In this document: positions 34,825-45,600 of the stretch, piece after piece
How the letters are laid out: each line of letters begins with the position of its first letter
Position numbering within the stretch: position 1 is the first letter of the stretch
DNA from: an uncultured Trueperaceae bacterium
GTDB taxonomy: Bacteria > Deinococcota > Deinococci > Deinococcales > Trueperaceae
Reading direction: 5' to 3'
Assembly: GCA_963727505.1 (NCBI GenBank)
Contig: CAVSGP010000009.1
Location: 128,001 to 192,000, forward strand
Length of the DNA: 64,000 nucleotides
Notes under the pieces: model-generated
The model's database searches: none
What the model was told of the DNA's origin: nothing
The model's input: the letters and a program-made list of their open reading frames with translations, nothing else
Translations under genes and position numbers: made by a program

Positions 34825-35862
34825 TTGCTAACCTTTATCGTTCGACGCGTTCTTTTCCTGCCGGTCGTCTTTCTTGGAGTCACGCTCATGATCGTGCTCC
34901 TGATGCAGCTCCTCAGCCCGGCCGAACGGGCGGCGACCTTCATCACGTCGCCCGCCCAGCTTCAGAACATGGATGCCATCATCGCGAAGTACGGGCTCGA
35001 CAAGCCCTGGTACCAGCAGTACTGGCGCTGGCTCGATTCCGCCGCTCACGGCAACCTGGGCTACTCCACCGTGGCGCGGACCACCGTGGTGAAGGCCATC
35101 GCGACGCGCTTCCCGCGCACCGTGACGCTGGCTCTGGCCGCGCTCTTCCCGATCGTGGGGGTGGGCATCTGGCTGGGAACAGCCGCGGCCCTCAATCGCG
35201 ACAAGATGGTCGATCAGATCACACGCGTGCTGGCCATCGTAGGCTGGTCGCTGCCCACGTTCGTGCTCGGTATCTGGCTGCTGGTGATCTTCTACGGAGG
35301 ACTCAACTGGTTCCAACCAGGGATTCTGACGACCGGGGATTCGATCCGGTTGTCGAACCTCACCGCCAACGGCGCCTTCCACGACTACACCGGTTTCCTT
35401 ATCCTCGATTCGATCTTCAACGGCCGCTTCGGTATCTTTCTGGACGTCGTCTGGCACCTCGTTCTCCCCGTCATCACGCTGTCGGCGGTGACGAGCGCCC
35501 AGATCATGCGCGTCATGCGCTCGTCGCTTCTCGACGCGCTGGGGCAGGACTACGTTCGCACCGCCCGCTCCAAGGGCCTCTCCGAGCACGTGGTCAACAC
35601 CAAGCACGCCCGCCGCAACGCCCTGATCCCCGTCCTGACGGTCTCGGGCTTCACGATCATCTTGTTGTTCAACGGCGTGGTCATCACCGAGACGATCTTC
35701 TCCTACCCCGGGATGGGCCAGTGGTTCGCCGCGGCGGCCACCCAGCTCGACTACGCGTCGGTGCTCGGCGGCGCGGTGTTCACTGCCATGATCGTGGTGC
35801 TGGCGAACCTGGTCGTTGACGTCCTCTACGCCCTGGTCGATCCCCGGATCCGGTACGACTGA
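34825..35862 (+). CDS. Peptide ABC transporter permease (DppB/OppB-like)
   Basis: YGLDKP, DYVRTARSKGL, HARRNA, ITETIF, DPRIRY. Confidence 0.95.
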   Translation: MLTFIVRRVLFLPVVFLGVTLMIVLLMQLLSPAERAATFITSPAQLQNMDAIIAKYGLDKPWYQQYWRWLDSAAHGNLGYSTVARTTVVKAIATRFPRTVTLALAALFPIVGVGIWLGTAAALNRDKMVDQITRVLAIVGWSLPTFVLGIWLLVIFYGGLNWFQPGILTTGDSIRLSNLTANGAFHDYTGFLILDSIFNGRFGIFLDVVWHLVLPVITLSAVTSAQIMRVMRSSLLDALGQDYVRTARSKGLSEHVVNTKHARRNALIPVLTVSGFTIILLFNGVVITETIFSYPGMGQWFAAAATQLDYASVLGGAVFTAMIVVLANLVVDVLYALVDPRIRYD

Positions 35863-36908
35863 TGGCCGCGCCTTCCAAACATGCCGAGATCACCGCTGAC
35901 GGCCTGCTGCGAGACGACCAGCGCGGTTTCTGGCGCTCGAAGGCCTTCAAGCGCTTCCGGCGCAACCCGCTGGCGATCACCGGTACGGTGCTGGTGATCT
36001 TCTACATCCTGGTGGCCGTCTTCGCGCCGCAACTGACCTACTTCCAGCTCAAGACCATCCGCAACACCTGCGTGCGCGACCTGGGCCTGGGCTTCGGGGA
36101 GACGCACAAGATCGTCGAGCCCTGGACCCCGGTGTTCTGGCGCGCCATCGTGGCTCCGCCCTCGACCTGTTTCACCATCCCTCGGGCGAGCTACTCCGCG
36201 GTTCCCACGCCGCCGAACGGCAAGCTCTGGCTGGGCGCTACCAGCGGCGGCTACGACCTCTACTACGGGCTGGTGTGGGGGACCCGGTCGGCCTTCTACG
36301 TCGGCATCCTGGTGGTGGGCTTCGGGATCCTGTTCGGGGCCCTGGTGGGGTCGATCGCCGGTTACACCGGCGGCTGGCTCGACAACGCGATCATGCGTTT
36401 CGTCGACGTGGTGCTGTCGATGCCCAGCCTGGTCATCGCCATCGTCATCGTGACCATCCTGGGGCAGGGCCTCACCCACGTCATGATCGCGATCGCGGCG
36501 GTGCAATGGGCGCCCTATTCGCGCATCCTTCGTGGTGACATCATGTCGATCAAGGAGCGGGACTTCATCGACGGAGCCCGCGCCTTGGGGGCACGGGGGC
36601 CGAGGGTGGTCCTGAGGCACATCCTGCCCAACTCGCTGGGGCCGCTGCTGGTCATCGCCAGCCTCGATATCGGCGCCATCGTGCTGACCGCTGCGGCTTT
36701 GAGCTTCCTTGGGCTCGGAGCGCCGGTGGGCTACGCCGACTGGGGGCAGATGATCAGCTTCGCCCGCGACTGGATCAAGGGACCTCCCGGTCAGCCGTTT
36801 GCCTACTGGTTCGTGTCCGCCTGGCCCGGCCTCGTCATCGTGGTCTTCGTGCTGGGCTGGAACCTGCTCGGCGACGCGGTGCGCGACGTGCTCGACGTGC
36901 GTAGCTAG
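35862..36908 (+). CDS. Peptide ABC transporter permease (DppC/OppC-like)
   Basis: RFRRNPLA, MRFVD, FIDGARALGA, RHILPN, LSFLGLG, NLLGDAVRD. Confidence 0.95.
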   Translation: MAAPSKHAEITADGLLRDDQRGFWRSKAFKRFRRNPLAITGTVLVIFYILVAVFAPQLTYFQLKTIRNTCVRDLGLGFGETHKIVEPWTPVFWRAIVAPPSTCFTIPRASYSAVPTPPNGKLWLGATSGGYDLYYGLVWGTRSAFYVGILVVGFGILFGALVGSIAGYTGGWLDNAIMRFVDVVLSMPSLVIAIVIVTILGQGLTHVMIAIAAVQWAPYSRILRGDIMSIKERDFIDGARALGARGPRVVLRHILPNSLGPLLVIASLDIGAIVLTAAALSFLGLGAPVGYADWGQMISFARDWIKGPPGQPFAYWFVSAWPGLVIVVFVLGWNLLGDAVRDVLDVRS

Positions 36909-36934
36909 GCGCCACCCCCGCTCGAACCGACGTC

Positions 36935-36973
36935 ACGCGGTCCGCACCGGAACGGTGCGGACCGCGTTCTTTT
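36935..36973 (+). terminator. Intrinsic terminator
   Basis: ACGCGGTCCGCACCG-GAA-CGGTGCGGACCGCGT-TCTTTT. Confidence 0.85.
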
Positions 36974-37016
36974 GGGCGTTCTCTCTTGTGGGTTCCGGCC
37001 GGGGGCGCTTAGCGCA

Positions 37017-37601
37017 CTAGCGCGTGACCGTGAGGTCGCCGGGGCCGCCCGTGAGGGTGGCGGTCGGCGGCATGGCACCGTTCAGCGCCAGCAGGAAGGC
37101 CGTGAGCTGGACGTACCGGGCGTCGTTGAACTTGCCGGGATCGTAGCGCGGCATGGCGCTCTTCACGTAACGGAAGAGCGCCGACGGCGTCGGGTATTCC
37201 TGCAGCAGATCGGTGCCCCGCAGGGCGGGAGGCTGGCCGATCGAGAAGCTGTTCCTGGCCGTGATCTGGGTGTCGGACCAGCGCGCGGGGTTGGCGGGCC
37301 GGTGGCAACGCTCGCAGGCGCGGTGGTCGGGGATGAAGGCCATACGGGCCTCGGCGAAGCCCTTGCCGGTGGGGCCGTGACAGGTGGCGCACACGATGTG
37401 GAAGGTATCGGAGCCCGCCTTCACCTGGTCGCTGGCGTGCGCCAGCAGCGAGGCCAGCACCGGATAGTGCGTGGGTGAAGGCAGCGCGTCCGGCGAAGGC
37501 ATGCCGGCGTAGTCGTTGGGGCTCAGCCACACTTCGGAGAACGCGCTCAGCAACACCACGATGGGGACGAGCGCCAGCACCAGGCCCAAGCGCCTCAGCA
37601 T
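37017..37601 (-). CDS. Membrane-anchored c-type cytochrome with two CxxCH motifs
   Basis: N-terminal TM/signal, CATCH, CERCH, PALRG, MP distal-ligand motif. Confidence 0.85.
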   Translation of the reverse strand: MLRRLGLVLALVPIVVLLSAFSEVWLSPNDYAGMPSPDALPSPTHYPVLASLLAHASDQVKAGSDTFHIVCATCHGPTGKGFAEARMAFIPDHRACERCHRPANPARWSDTQITARNSFSIGQPPALRGTDLLQEYPTPSALFRYVKSAMPRYDPGKFNDARYVQLTAFLLALNGAMPPTATLTGGPGDLTVTR

Positions 37602-37688
37602 CGCGGAGAGCCTGGCAGGCGCCGGCGCCCGGCGCCCGGAACGAACAGTCGTTGGGCCCCTCCATCCCGACCGGCGGGGCCCAACGGG

Positions 37689-38147
37689 TTAGTTACGCTT
37701 GTCGTCGTCTTCGCTGTCGGACTCTGGCGCGGGGGCCCCGTCGTCGGGGAGCTCGTCGGCCGGCGCCGTGTCCTCGACCGCGCTGTCCTCGGGCGCCGTG
37801 TCCTCGACGCTGGCGTCCGTCACGGCCGCGGGCTTGCCAGGAGCGGGTGGGGTGGTCGTGGAGGGAGGCGTCGTTCCGCCCGGAGCCGTGCTCGCGCTGG
37901 CCGGCGCCGCCTGGCGGGCCGAGCGGTCACCCTGCAACACCCGGACCACGAAGTAGATCAGCCCGGCCACGATGGCGACCGGCACGATGAACCGGAGCAA
38001 CCACCAGATCAGCCCTGCCAGGAACTTGAGCAGAAGACCGACCCATCCCAGGACCCAGCCGCCGAGCCACAGCACGCCTGTGCCGATGAGCAGGGCGATC
38101 AGCCCGAAGACCACCAGTTCGACGACTTCCTGCAACGAGCGCTTCAT
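37689..38147 (-). CDS. Hypothetical membrane protein with acidic disordered tail
   Basis: MKRSLQE start 6 nt after TATACT; hydrophobic N-terminal half. Confidence 0.75.
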   Translation of the reverse strand: MKRSLQEVVELVVFGLIALLIGTGVLWLGGWVLGWVGLLLKFLAGLIWWLLRFIVPVAIVAGLIYFVVRVLQGDRSARQAAPASASTAPGGTTPPSTTTPPAPGKPAAVTDASVEDTAPEDSAVEDTAPADELPDDGAPAPESDSEDDDKRN

Positions 38148-38253
38148 GCGGGCAGTATAGCAGGGAGGCCCGGCGCTTCCCGGAGGAATGCGCGCGTGCG
38201 TGGGCGAAAGCGTCGCGTCGGCGGTCGGCGTGCCGCACCGGTAGACTGATCGG

Positions 38254-39489
38254 ATGAGGCTCGACGTCCGACTCGAACGGATGGTCCACGGCGGGGCGGC
38301 CCTCACCCGCACCGAGGATGGCCACGTAGCGCTGGTGCGCGGCGGCCTCCCCGGAGAACGCGTGCGGGCTGAGGTGGAGCCCGTCAAGGGCGTCCTGCAG
38401 GGCCTCGTCACGGAGGTTCTGGAGGCTAGCCCCGACCGGGTCGAGGCGCCGAACCACCCGGGCCTCGACTACGGGTTCATCGCCTACGCGCGCCAGCTCG
38501 AGCTCAAGCGCGAGGTGGTCGGCGACGCTTTGCGGCGCGCCGGTGCGGGGGAGCGCGACGTCCCGCCGGTGCGCCCGTCGCCGGAGACCTGGGGCTACCG
38601 GAGCGCGGCCCAGCCGGCGGTGAGCCGCCGCGGCCTGGGCTACCGCCGCAGTGGCTCGCACCAGGTGGTAGCGCTCGACGTCGACCCCGTGGCCAACGAG
38701 GCACTGCAGCATGCATGGCAGGTGCTCGCGAGGCGCCTGGAGGACCTGCGCGGCGTGCACGAAGTGGCGCTGCGCGGCAACGACGACGGCGAAGCCCTGG
38801 CGGCACTGGTGACGACGCTACCCGAGCGCGAGCTGTTGCCGCTGGCCCACGAGCTGGTCCGCGAGGGGATCCGCGGTGTCGCCCATGCGCCCTTCGATCC
38901 TCGCGGGCGCTTCCGCCGCGGCAGCTCGCGGCTGGCCGGGGCCCGGACCCTGCGGCAACGCTTCGGCGACGTCGACCTCAGCGTCGGCGCTACGGCCTTC
39001 GCCCAGCCCAACGCTCATGCGGCCGGCGAGCTCTACCGGGAGCTGGTGCGCTGGTTGCCGGCCGGAAGACACGCGTGGGACCTCTTCGCCGGCGGCGGCG
39101 CCATCGCCTTCCACCTCGCGCAGCGCTTCGAGACCGTGACCGCGGTCGAGATCGACCGCGCGGCCGTCGCTCGCGGCGAGCGTGACGCCGAGCGCCTGGG
39201 TCTGGGCGGCGTGCGCTTCCTGCGCGCCGACGCGCGGCGCGCGCCGCTGCCCGGCGACGCCGAGCTCGTAGCCGTCGATCCGCCCCGTGCGGGCCTGTCG
39301 GCCGAGGTACGCCACGCCATCGTCGACAGCCCGACGCCGCGGCTGCTCTACGTGTCGTGCGACCCGGCGACCTGGGCCCGGGACGTGGCGGCTTTCGAGC
39401 AGGCGGGGCTCCGCCTCGTACGGTTCGAACCCTTCGACTTCTACCCGCACACGCACCACGTCGAGCTTCTGTCGCTGTTCGAGCGCTGA
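38254..39489 (+). CDS. TRAM-domain RNA (uracil-5)-methyltransferase, RlmD/TrmA family
   Basis: [43 protein letters not shown]. Confidence 0.92.
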   Translation: MRLDVRLERMVHGGAALTRTEDGHVALVRGGLPGERVRAEVEPVKGVLQGLVTEVLEASPDRVEAPNHPGLDYGFIAYARQLELKREVVGDALRRAGAGERDVPPVRPSPETWGYRSAAQPAVSRRGLGYRRSGSHQVVALDVDPVANEALQHAWQVLARRLEDLRGVHEVALRGNDDGEALAALVTTLPERELLPLAHELVREGIRGVAHAPFDPRGRFRRGSSRLAGARTLRQRFGDVDLSVGATAFAQPNAHAAGELYRELVRWLPAGRHAWDLFAGGGAIAFHLAQRFETVTAVEIDRAAVARGERDAERLGLGGVRFLRADARRAPLPGDAELVAVDPPRAGLSAEVRHAIVDSPTPRLLYVSCDPATWARDVAAFEQAGLRLVRFEPFDFYPHTHHVELLSLFER

Positions 39490-39511
39490 GGACGGGGGTA
39501 TGCTGCGGCCC

Positions 39512-40285
39512 ATGCTGGCGCGCCGCATCATCCCCTGCCTCGACGTCGCCGCGGGCCGGGTCACCCGCGGGCAGCAGTTCGGTCGGGCCGAACGTGGCGA
39601 GCTCGCGGACGTCGGCGACCCGGTCGAGTTGGCTCTGGCCTACAACGCGCAGGGCGCGGACGAGCTGGTGTTCTACGACATCACGGCCACCGCCGAGGGG
39701 CGCGGCGCCATCCTCGAGGTGGCGACCCGCACCGCCGAGCAGTGCTTCATGCCGCTCACCATCGGTGGAGGTGTGCGCACGCTGGCCGACTTCCGTGCGC
39801 TGTTCCTGGCCGGTGCCGACAAGGTGTCGGTCAACTCGGGTGCGGTGGCCCGGCCCGACGTGCTCCGCGAGGCGGCCGACCACTACGGCAGCCAGGCGGT
39901 GGTGCTGTCGATCGACGCCAAGCGCACGGCCGACGGTCTCGAGGTCTACGTGGCGGGCGGCCGCAAGGCCACCGGCCTGGAGGTGATCGCCTGGGCCGCG
40001 CGTGGGCAGGAGCTCGGGGCGGGGGAGATCGTGCTCAACAGCATCGATGCCGACGGGATGAAGACCGGCTTCGACGTCGAGGCGACGCGGGCGGTGGCGC
40101 GGGCGGTGGACATCCCGGTGGTGGCCTCGGGCGGCGCCGGGCGCGCCGAGCACCTGCGGGAGGTGCTGCTTCAGGGCGAGGCGGACGCCGCCCTGGCCGC
40201 CGGCATCTTCCACCGCGGCGAGGTGACCGTCGACGACGTCAAGCGCGTGTGCGCCGAGGCCGGCCTGGTCGTGCGGCGGGTGTGA
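39512..40285 (+). CDS. hisF: Imidazole glycerol phosphate synthase cyclase subunit
   Basis: [50 protein letters not shown]. Confidence 0.97.
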   Translation: MLARRIIPCLDVAAGRVTRGQQFGRAERGELADVGDPVELALAYNAQGADELVFYDITATAEGRGAILEVATRTAEQCFMPLTIGGGVRTLADFRALFLAGADKVSVNSGAVARPDVLREAADHYGSQAVVLSIDAKRTADGLEVYVAGGRKATGLEVIAWAARGQELGAGEIVLNSIDADGMKTGFDVEATRAVARAVDIPVVASGGAGRAEHLREVLLQGEADAALAAGIFHRGEVTVDDVKRVCAEAGLVVRRV

Positions 40286-40329
40286 GCCGGAACGCGGCGC
40301 GCGCCGCCAGCGAGGATGAGGAGGAACGC

Positions 40330-41466
40330 GTGAGCGACGATCGCCCCCACCTGGAAACCCTGGCGGTGCACGCCGGCAGCGAGCCCGACCCCGCGACCGG
40401 GGCCGTGACGCCGCCCATCCACCTCAGCACCACCTTCCGTCGCGACGCCGACGGCACGTACCCTCTGGGGTTCGTCTACACCCGCAGTTCCAACCCCAAC
40501 CGGCAGGCACTGGAGACGGCGCTGGCCGCGCTCCAGGGCGGAGTCGAGGCGGCGGCGTTCAGCTCCGGCTCGGCGGCTGCCGCGGCCGTGCTGCGTTCGG
40601 TCCGCCCCGGCGACCACGTGCTGCTGCCGGTCGAGCTGTACCACGGCATCCGCAAGCTGGTGGACGGAGCGCTGGTCCCGTGGGGGCTGGCCGTGGATTA
40701 TGTCGACCTCACCGACGTCGACGCGCTGCGCCGCGCCTGGCGGCCGAATACGCGGCTCGTCTGGGTGGAGACCCCTTCCAACCCGCTGCTGAGCATCACC
40801 GACCTGCTTGCGGTGAGCGAGATCGCGCACGCCCGTGGCGCGCGTGTGGCGGTGGACGCCACCTGGACCCCGCCCGGTGTGGCCGACCCCTTCGCGTTCG
40901 GCGCGGATCTGGTGGTGCACGCCACCACCAAGTACCTGTCGGGACACAGCGACGTGCTCGGCGGCGCGGTGGTCAGCGCGCGCGCTGACGTGGCCTGGGA
41001 GCGGATCCGTTTCCTACAACAGCACGAGGGCGCGGTCCCGAGCCCGTTCGATTGCTGGCTGGCGCACCGGGGGCTGCGCACGCTGCCCTACCGCATGCGC
41101 GGTCACGGTGAAGGGGCGGCGCAGGTCGCGGCGTTCCTGGCCGACCGGCCGGAGGTGGCGCGCGTGCACTATCCGGGCCTGCCGAGCCACCCCGGGCACG
41201 CGCTGGCGGCCCGGCAGATGATCGGGTTCGGCGGCATGCTGTCGTTCCGCGTGCACGGAGGGGAGGCGGCCGCCATGGCGGCCGCGGCGCGCGTACGGCT
41301 GTTCACGCGCGCCACCAGCCTCGGCGGCGTGGAGAGCCTGATCGAGCACCGCGCCTCCATCGAGGGATCGGGAACGACGACGCCGGACGACCTGCTGAGG
41401 GTGTCGGTGGGGCTCGAGCATCCCGACGACCTGATCGCGGACCTGGCGCAGGCGCTGGCCGGCTGA
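40330..41466 (+). CDS. Cys/Met metabolism PLP enzyme (cystathionine gamma-synthase/lyase family)
   Basis: [37 protein letters not shown]. Confidence 0.93.
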   Translation: MSDDRPHLETLAVHAGSEPDPATGAVTPPIHLSTTFRRDADGTYPLGFVYTRSSNPNRQALETALAALQGGVEAAAFSSGSAAAAAVLRSVRPGDHVLLPVELYHGIRKLVDGALVPWGLAVDYVDLTDVDALRRAWRPNTRLVWVETPSNPLLSITDLLAVSEIAHARGARVAVDATWTPPGVADPFAFGADLVVHATTKYLSGHSDVLGGAVVSARADVAWERIRFLQQHEGAVPSPFDCWLAHRGLRTLPYRMRGHGEGAAQVAAFLADRPEVARVHYPGLPSHPGHALAARQMIGFGGMLSFRVHGGEAAAMAAAARVRLFTRATSLGGVESLIEHRASIEGSGTTTPDDLLRVSVGLEHPDDLIADLAQALAG

Positions 41467-41507
41467 CCCTACCGGGCCGCGCGGCCCCGCGCCGTAGACT
41501 GGTCGGC

Positions 41508-42230
41508 ATGACGTTTCCGCGCTTCCGTTTCGACGATGACGGCCTGCTGCCCGTCATCGCGCAGGACGCCTCATCGGGCGAGGTCCTGATGCTCGCGTAC
41601 GCCGATGCCGAGGCCGTCGAGGCCACCCTTGCGACACGCCAGGCGCATTACCACAGCCGCTCGCGCGGTGAGCTGTGGCGCAAGGGTGAGACCAGCGGTC
41701 ACGTGCAGCGCATCGTCGAGGTGCGCTACGACTGCGACGAGGACGCGCTGCTCTACCGCGTGGAGCAGACCGGCCCGGCCTGCCACACGGGGAACCGGAG
41801 CTGCTTCTACCGCAGCGTCGAGACGAGCGCCGCCGCCTCGGGCGACGCCGCCGACGCGCCGGCGGCCGGGACGGTCGCTGCCGCCGCGAGCGCCTCTGGC
41901 CCGGGCGCTTCTGCCGAGGAGGGGACCTCCCTCGGCGACGTGCTGGCGCTCCTTCAGCGGGTGGTGGGGGAGCGCTTGCGTGCGCTGCCGGAGGGTAGCT
42001 ACGTGCGGCGGCTGCACGAGCGCGGGCTCGGCTACGTGGCGCAGAAGGTGGTCGAAGAGGCGGGCGAGAGCATCGTGGCGGCGCTCGAGCACAAGGACGA
42101 CGAGCTGGTTGCCGAGGCGGCCGATCTGCTGTTCCACTTGACGGTGCTCCTGAACGAGCGCGGACTGACGCTGGACGACGTCGCTGGCGAGCTCGAGAAG
42201 CGGCACCGCGACGCCCCGCGCCGAACCTGA
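41508..42230 (+). CDS. hisIE: Bifunctional phosphoribosyl-AMP cyclohydrolase / phosphoribosyl-ATP pyrophosphatase
   Basis: [42 protein letters not shown]. Confidence 0.96.
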   Translation: MTFPRFRFDDDGLLPVIAQDASSGEVLMLAYADAEAVEATLATRQAHYHSRSRGELWRKGETSGHVQRIVEVRYDCDEDALLYRVEQTGPACHTGNRSCFYRSVETSAAASGDAADAPAAGTVAAAASASGPGASAEEGTSLGDVLALLQRVVGERLRALPEGSYVRRLHERGLGYVAQKVVEEAGESIVAALEHKDDELVAEAADLLFHLTVLLNERGLTLDDVAGELEKRHRDAPRRT

Positions 42231-42334
42231 ACGTCGCCCGGGACGCGGGAGCGTGGGCGCGACTGCGCCTCCGGGGCCGTGCGCCGCCGCGGCGGGCGTG
42301 ACAAGAGCACCCCCCGGCTGGCACAATGCAGGTC

Positions 42335-43375
42335 ATGGCGTCCTCGAAGAAGACGACGCGGCCGCGGGCGAGACGCCCAGTGGCCGGGAGCAGCAGTGTC
42401 GACATGGAACGCGCTCTGGTGCTCGACACCGTCCGCGTGACCGAGCAGGCGGCCATCGCCGCCAGCCGGGTGGCGGGCAAGGGTGACGCCGACCTGGTCG
42501 ACCAGGCGGGGACCGACGCGATGCGTCGCGTGCTCAACGAGCTCGACATCGACGGCGAGATCGTCATCGGCGAGGGCGAGCGCGACGAGGCTCCCATGCT
42601 GTTCATCGGGGAGCGACTCGGCCGCGCCGGAGAAGGCGCGTGGCCGGTCGACATCGCAGTGGACCCGGTGGAGGGCACGAACATCACCGCCCGCATGGTC
42701 GCCAACTCGGTGGCGGTGATCGCGCTGGCCGAGCACGGCGGCCTCTTCCACGCCCCCGACACCTACATGCAGAAGCTGGTGGTGGGCCCGCCGGCCGTGG
42801 GCACGGTCGACCTGTTGTGGCCGGTGGCGGCCAATCTGCGCTCGGTGGCGCTGTCGCTCGACCGCGCCGTGGACGACCTGACCGTCGTCATCCTCGACCG
42901 GCCCCGCCACGCCGAGCTCATCCAGGAGGTCCGGGACGCCGGCGCCCGCGTGAAGCTGATCGGCGACGGCGACGTCATCGCCGCACTTTCGGCGGCCGTG
43001 CGCGGCACGGGCGTGCACGCGGTGATGGGAACGGGCGGGGCGCCGGAGGGCGTGCTGGCGGCCGCTGCCCTGAAGTGCCTGGGCGGCGAGATCCAGGGCC
43101 GCTTCCGGCCCCGCAACGACGACGAGAAGGCGCGCCTGGAGGCCATGGGGGCGTCGGTGGACAAGGTCTACCGCACCAACGACCTGGCGCCGGGCAAGAC
43201 GGTCGTGTTCAGCGCGACCGGCATCACCGACGGTGACCTGTTGCGGGGCGTCAAGTTCTTCAAGAACGGCGCGCGTACCTACAGTGTGACCATGGGTCTG
43301 CAGTCGCGCGTCATCCGCTTCAGCGACGCCGTCCACCTGCTGGGTGACGGCGCCCGGGTCACCATCCAGGTCTAG
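42335..43375 (+). CDS. glpX: Class II fructose-1,6-bisphosphatase
   Basis: [46 protein letters not shown]. Confidence 0.96.
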   Translation: MASSKKTTRPRARRPVAGSSSVDMERALVLDTVRVTEQAAIAASRVAGKGDADLVDQAGTDAMRRVLNELDIDGEIVIGEGERDEAPMLFIGERLGRAGEGAWPVDIAVDPVEGTNITARMVANSVAVIALAEHGGLFHAPDTYMQKLVVGPPAVGTVDLLWPVAANLRSVALSLDRAVDDLTVVILDRPRHAELIQEVRDAGARVKLIGDGDVIAALSAAVRGTGVHAVMGTGGAPEGVLAAAALKCLGGEIQGRFRPRNDDEKARLEAMGASVDKVYRTNDLAPGKTVVFSATGITDGDLLRGVKFFKNGARTYSVTMGLQSRVIRFSDAVHLLGDGARVTIQV

Positions 43376-43401
43376 AAAGCCTTCCCCGGAGGGGGCACCG
43401 C

Positions 43402-44160
43402 ATGGAACCCGCACGGCAACCCTTGCGGCTGGACGGTGTGGTCGAGAGCCGGCGCTCGGACATCGAGCTCCGTTTCCCGCGCGGCGAGGACGTCCGGGCG
43501 GACGCGGCGGCGGCGCTGGTCGAGGTGCTGAGGCCGGTGGTGGCGCGCTACCTGGGGGTCGCCTGGCAGGGTCCGGTGCGGCTGGAGCTGCTGGAGAAAC
43601 CGCGCGCCAGCGGCGTCAACCCCGTCACGGGCACGTTGCGCCACGCGCTGCGAGGGTTCGACGAGCGCTCGCCGCGCTCGGCCGGGGCGCTCAGCTATGA
43701 GCTCGGCCGGATCCTGTTCTACCGGGCGTCGGTTGAGGACGCCTTCCCGGGAGCGGGCCCGCGCCACCCCGACTGGCTGTTGGAGGCGGCGCTGCTGCCG
43801 CTGCGGCATATCTGGGACGATCGCGCTACCTGGATCGACGCGGTGGCCGAGCAGGTGGCGCTGTTCCGCTGGCGCAAGCCGTTCGCAGAGCCGCTGTTGC
43901 GCGACATGCGGCGTCTCAACCCGCGGCAGCGCGTGGTGGCGTCCGCGCAGTGCCTGCTACGCGGCCAGACGATCGCGCGGCACCATCCGGACTGGGTGCG
44001 CCTGTGGCGCGCACAGCTGGCCGCGATCGCCGAGATCGACGGTGAGCAAGCGCTTCAGCGGGTCACGTCGACCTCACCGGCGGACTGGGAGGAGCGCTTC
44101 GCCGCGGACCTGAGGAACGCCACCGACACGCTGAGGGACACGCCACCGACCAACTGGTGA
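43402..44160 (+). CDS. Hypothetical protein, degenerate gluzincin (peptidase MA)-like
   Basis: GGAGG RBS; LSYELGRIL and PDWLLEA occupy the HExxH and PxWxxEG positions. Confidence 0.7.
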   Translation: MEPARQPLRLDGVVESRRSDIELRFPRGEDVRADAAAALVEVLRPVVARYLGVAWQGPVRLELLEKPRASGVNPVTGTLRHALRGFDERSPRSAGALSYELGRILFYRASVEDAFPGAGPRHPDWLLEAALLPLRHIWDDRATWIDAVAEQVALFRWRKPFAEPLLRDMRRLNPRQRVVASAQCLLRGQTIARHHPDWVRLWRAQLAAIAEIDGEQALQRVTSTSPADWEERFAADLRNATDTLRDTPPTNW

Positions 44161-44170
44161 GCCCGCCGTC

Positions 44171-44242
44171 CGGCGGGTGGTTCGGAGCGGCGGGAGGTTC
44201 AGAGCGGCCGGCGGGAGGTTCAGAGCGGCGGGAGGTTCAGAG
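44171..44242. repeat. 17-bp tandem repeat x4 (CGGCGGGAGGTTCAGAG) covering the rdgB stop
   Basis: Three identical units plus one unit with 2 mismatches; no unique spacers. Confidence 0.9.
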
Positions 44243-44881
44243 CTTGGCGTCGCGGCGGGGCATCGTCTCCTGCATGGTGCGCTTTCCGATAGGGGTGAGG
44301 GCCCACTCCAGGAAGCGCTGCAGTGCGCGCCCGCGGTGACTGACCCGCCCCTTGGCGTCGCCGTCGGCTTCGGCGAAGGTCTTGCTGAGCTCGGGGCTGA
44401 AGAACACGGGATCGTAACCGAAGCCGTCTTCGCCGCGTGGCCCCTCCAGGATCTCGCCACGGCATTCCCCGACGAAACTCTTCACTTCGCCCCCGGGGGT
44501 TGCCAGGACCACGGTGCTCACGAAGCTGGCAGCGCGGGCTCCGCGAGGAACGTCGCGCATCTTCTGGAGCAGGTACGCGATGCGCTCCCCGTCGCGCAAC
44601 TTGCCCCCGAAACGCGCCGAGTAGATCCCCGGAGCGCCGTCGAGAACGTCGACTTCCAGGCCGGAGTCGTCGGCCAGGGCGGGCAGGCCGCTCTGCAGCG
44701 CAGCGTAGCCGGCCTTGAGCAGGGCGTTCTCTTCGTAGCTCGCGCCGATCTCCTCGGGAAAGCGTCGGATGCCGGCGTCCTCGGCGGACAGCAACTCGAC
44801 GTCCAGGCGCGACAGGGCGCGCCGGAACTCGCGCAGCTTGCCGGCATTGCCGGTGGCGATGACGATGCGCAGGCGGCTCAC
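44237..44881 (-). CDS. rdgB: Non-canonical purine NTP pyrophosphatase
   Basis: ATGNAGK, ENALLKA, DDSGL, PGIYSAR, GFGYDP, SHRG. Confidence 0.96.
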   Translation of the reverse strand: MSRLRIVIATGNAGKLREFRRALSRLDVELLSAEDAGIRRFPEEIGASYEENALLKAGYAALQSGLPALADDSGLEVDVLDGAPGIYSARFGGKLRDGERIAYLLQKMRDVPRGARAASFVSTVVLATPGGEVKSFVGECRGEILEGPRGEDGFGYDPVFFSPELSKTFAEADGDAKGRVSHRGRALQRFLEWALTPIGKRTMQETMPRRDAKL

Positions 44882-45588
44882 GAGAGCTGCGGCCTCACGA
44901 TCTCCACGACGCGTTGCGCGGCACGGACACCGTTCGCGACCAGGGTGACGTAGGTCTCGGCAGGGATCGGCCGGTCCTCGCCGCCACCCTGCACCTCGAC
45001 CACGTCCCCCCCGCCCGTCGCGATGACGTTGAGATCGACCTCGGCCTGCACGTCCTCACTGTACTGGAGGTCGACGAGGGCGGCGCCGTCGACGAGCCCA
45101 ACGCTCACGGCAGCGAGCTCGTGCTTGAGCGGCCACTCGGAGAGCGTGCCGTCGAACACCAGCCGGCTTGCGGCGTGATGGAGGGCGGCGTAGCCGGCTG
45201 TGATTCCGGCGCAGCGGGTGCCTCCGTCGGCCTGGAGCACGTCGACGTCGACGATGAGGGTCTTGTTGCGGAACATCTCCAGCGCGACGATGCTGCGCAG
45301 AGCGCGGCCGGTGAGCCGCTGGATCTCCTGCGTCCGGCCGCCCGCGTAGAGTCGTTCGCGCTGGCTCCGCTCCTGCGTGCTGCGTGGCAGCAGCGCGTAC
45401 TCGGCCGTGAGCCAGCCGTTCTTGGCGCGGCGGCCGCGCAGGTGTGGCGGTAGACGGCTGTCGATGGTGACGGTCGCAAGGACCACGGTATGCCCCCACT
45501 CGACCAGCGCCGAGCCCTCGGCATAGCGGTTGAAGCCGGGGGTGACGGTGATCGGGCGCAGCTCGTCGGGACGTCGTTCGGTTCGCAT
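44878..45588 (-). CDS. rph: Ribonuclease PH
   Basis: GWLTAEY, GRTQEIQRL.GRALR, QADGGTR, DLN, EVQG. Confidence 0.95.
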   Translation of the reverse strand: MRTERRPDELRPITVTPGFNRYAEGSALVEWGHTVVLATVTIDSRLPPHLRGRRAKNGWLTAEYALLPRSTQERSQRERLYAGGRTQEIQRLTGRALRSIVALEMFRNKTLIVDVDVLQADGGTRCAGITAGYAALHHAASRLVFDGTLSEWPLKHELAAVSVGLVDGAALVDLQYSEDVQAEVDLNVIATGGGDVVEVQGGGEDRPIPAETYVTLVANGVRAAQRVVEIVRPQLS

Positions 45589-45600
45589 GGGGACGCCGCC

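Noticed and set aside
44171..44242. Possible mini-CRISPR array
   Set aside because: 17-bp units are contiguous with no unique spacers, and no cas genes are present.
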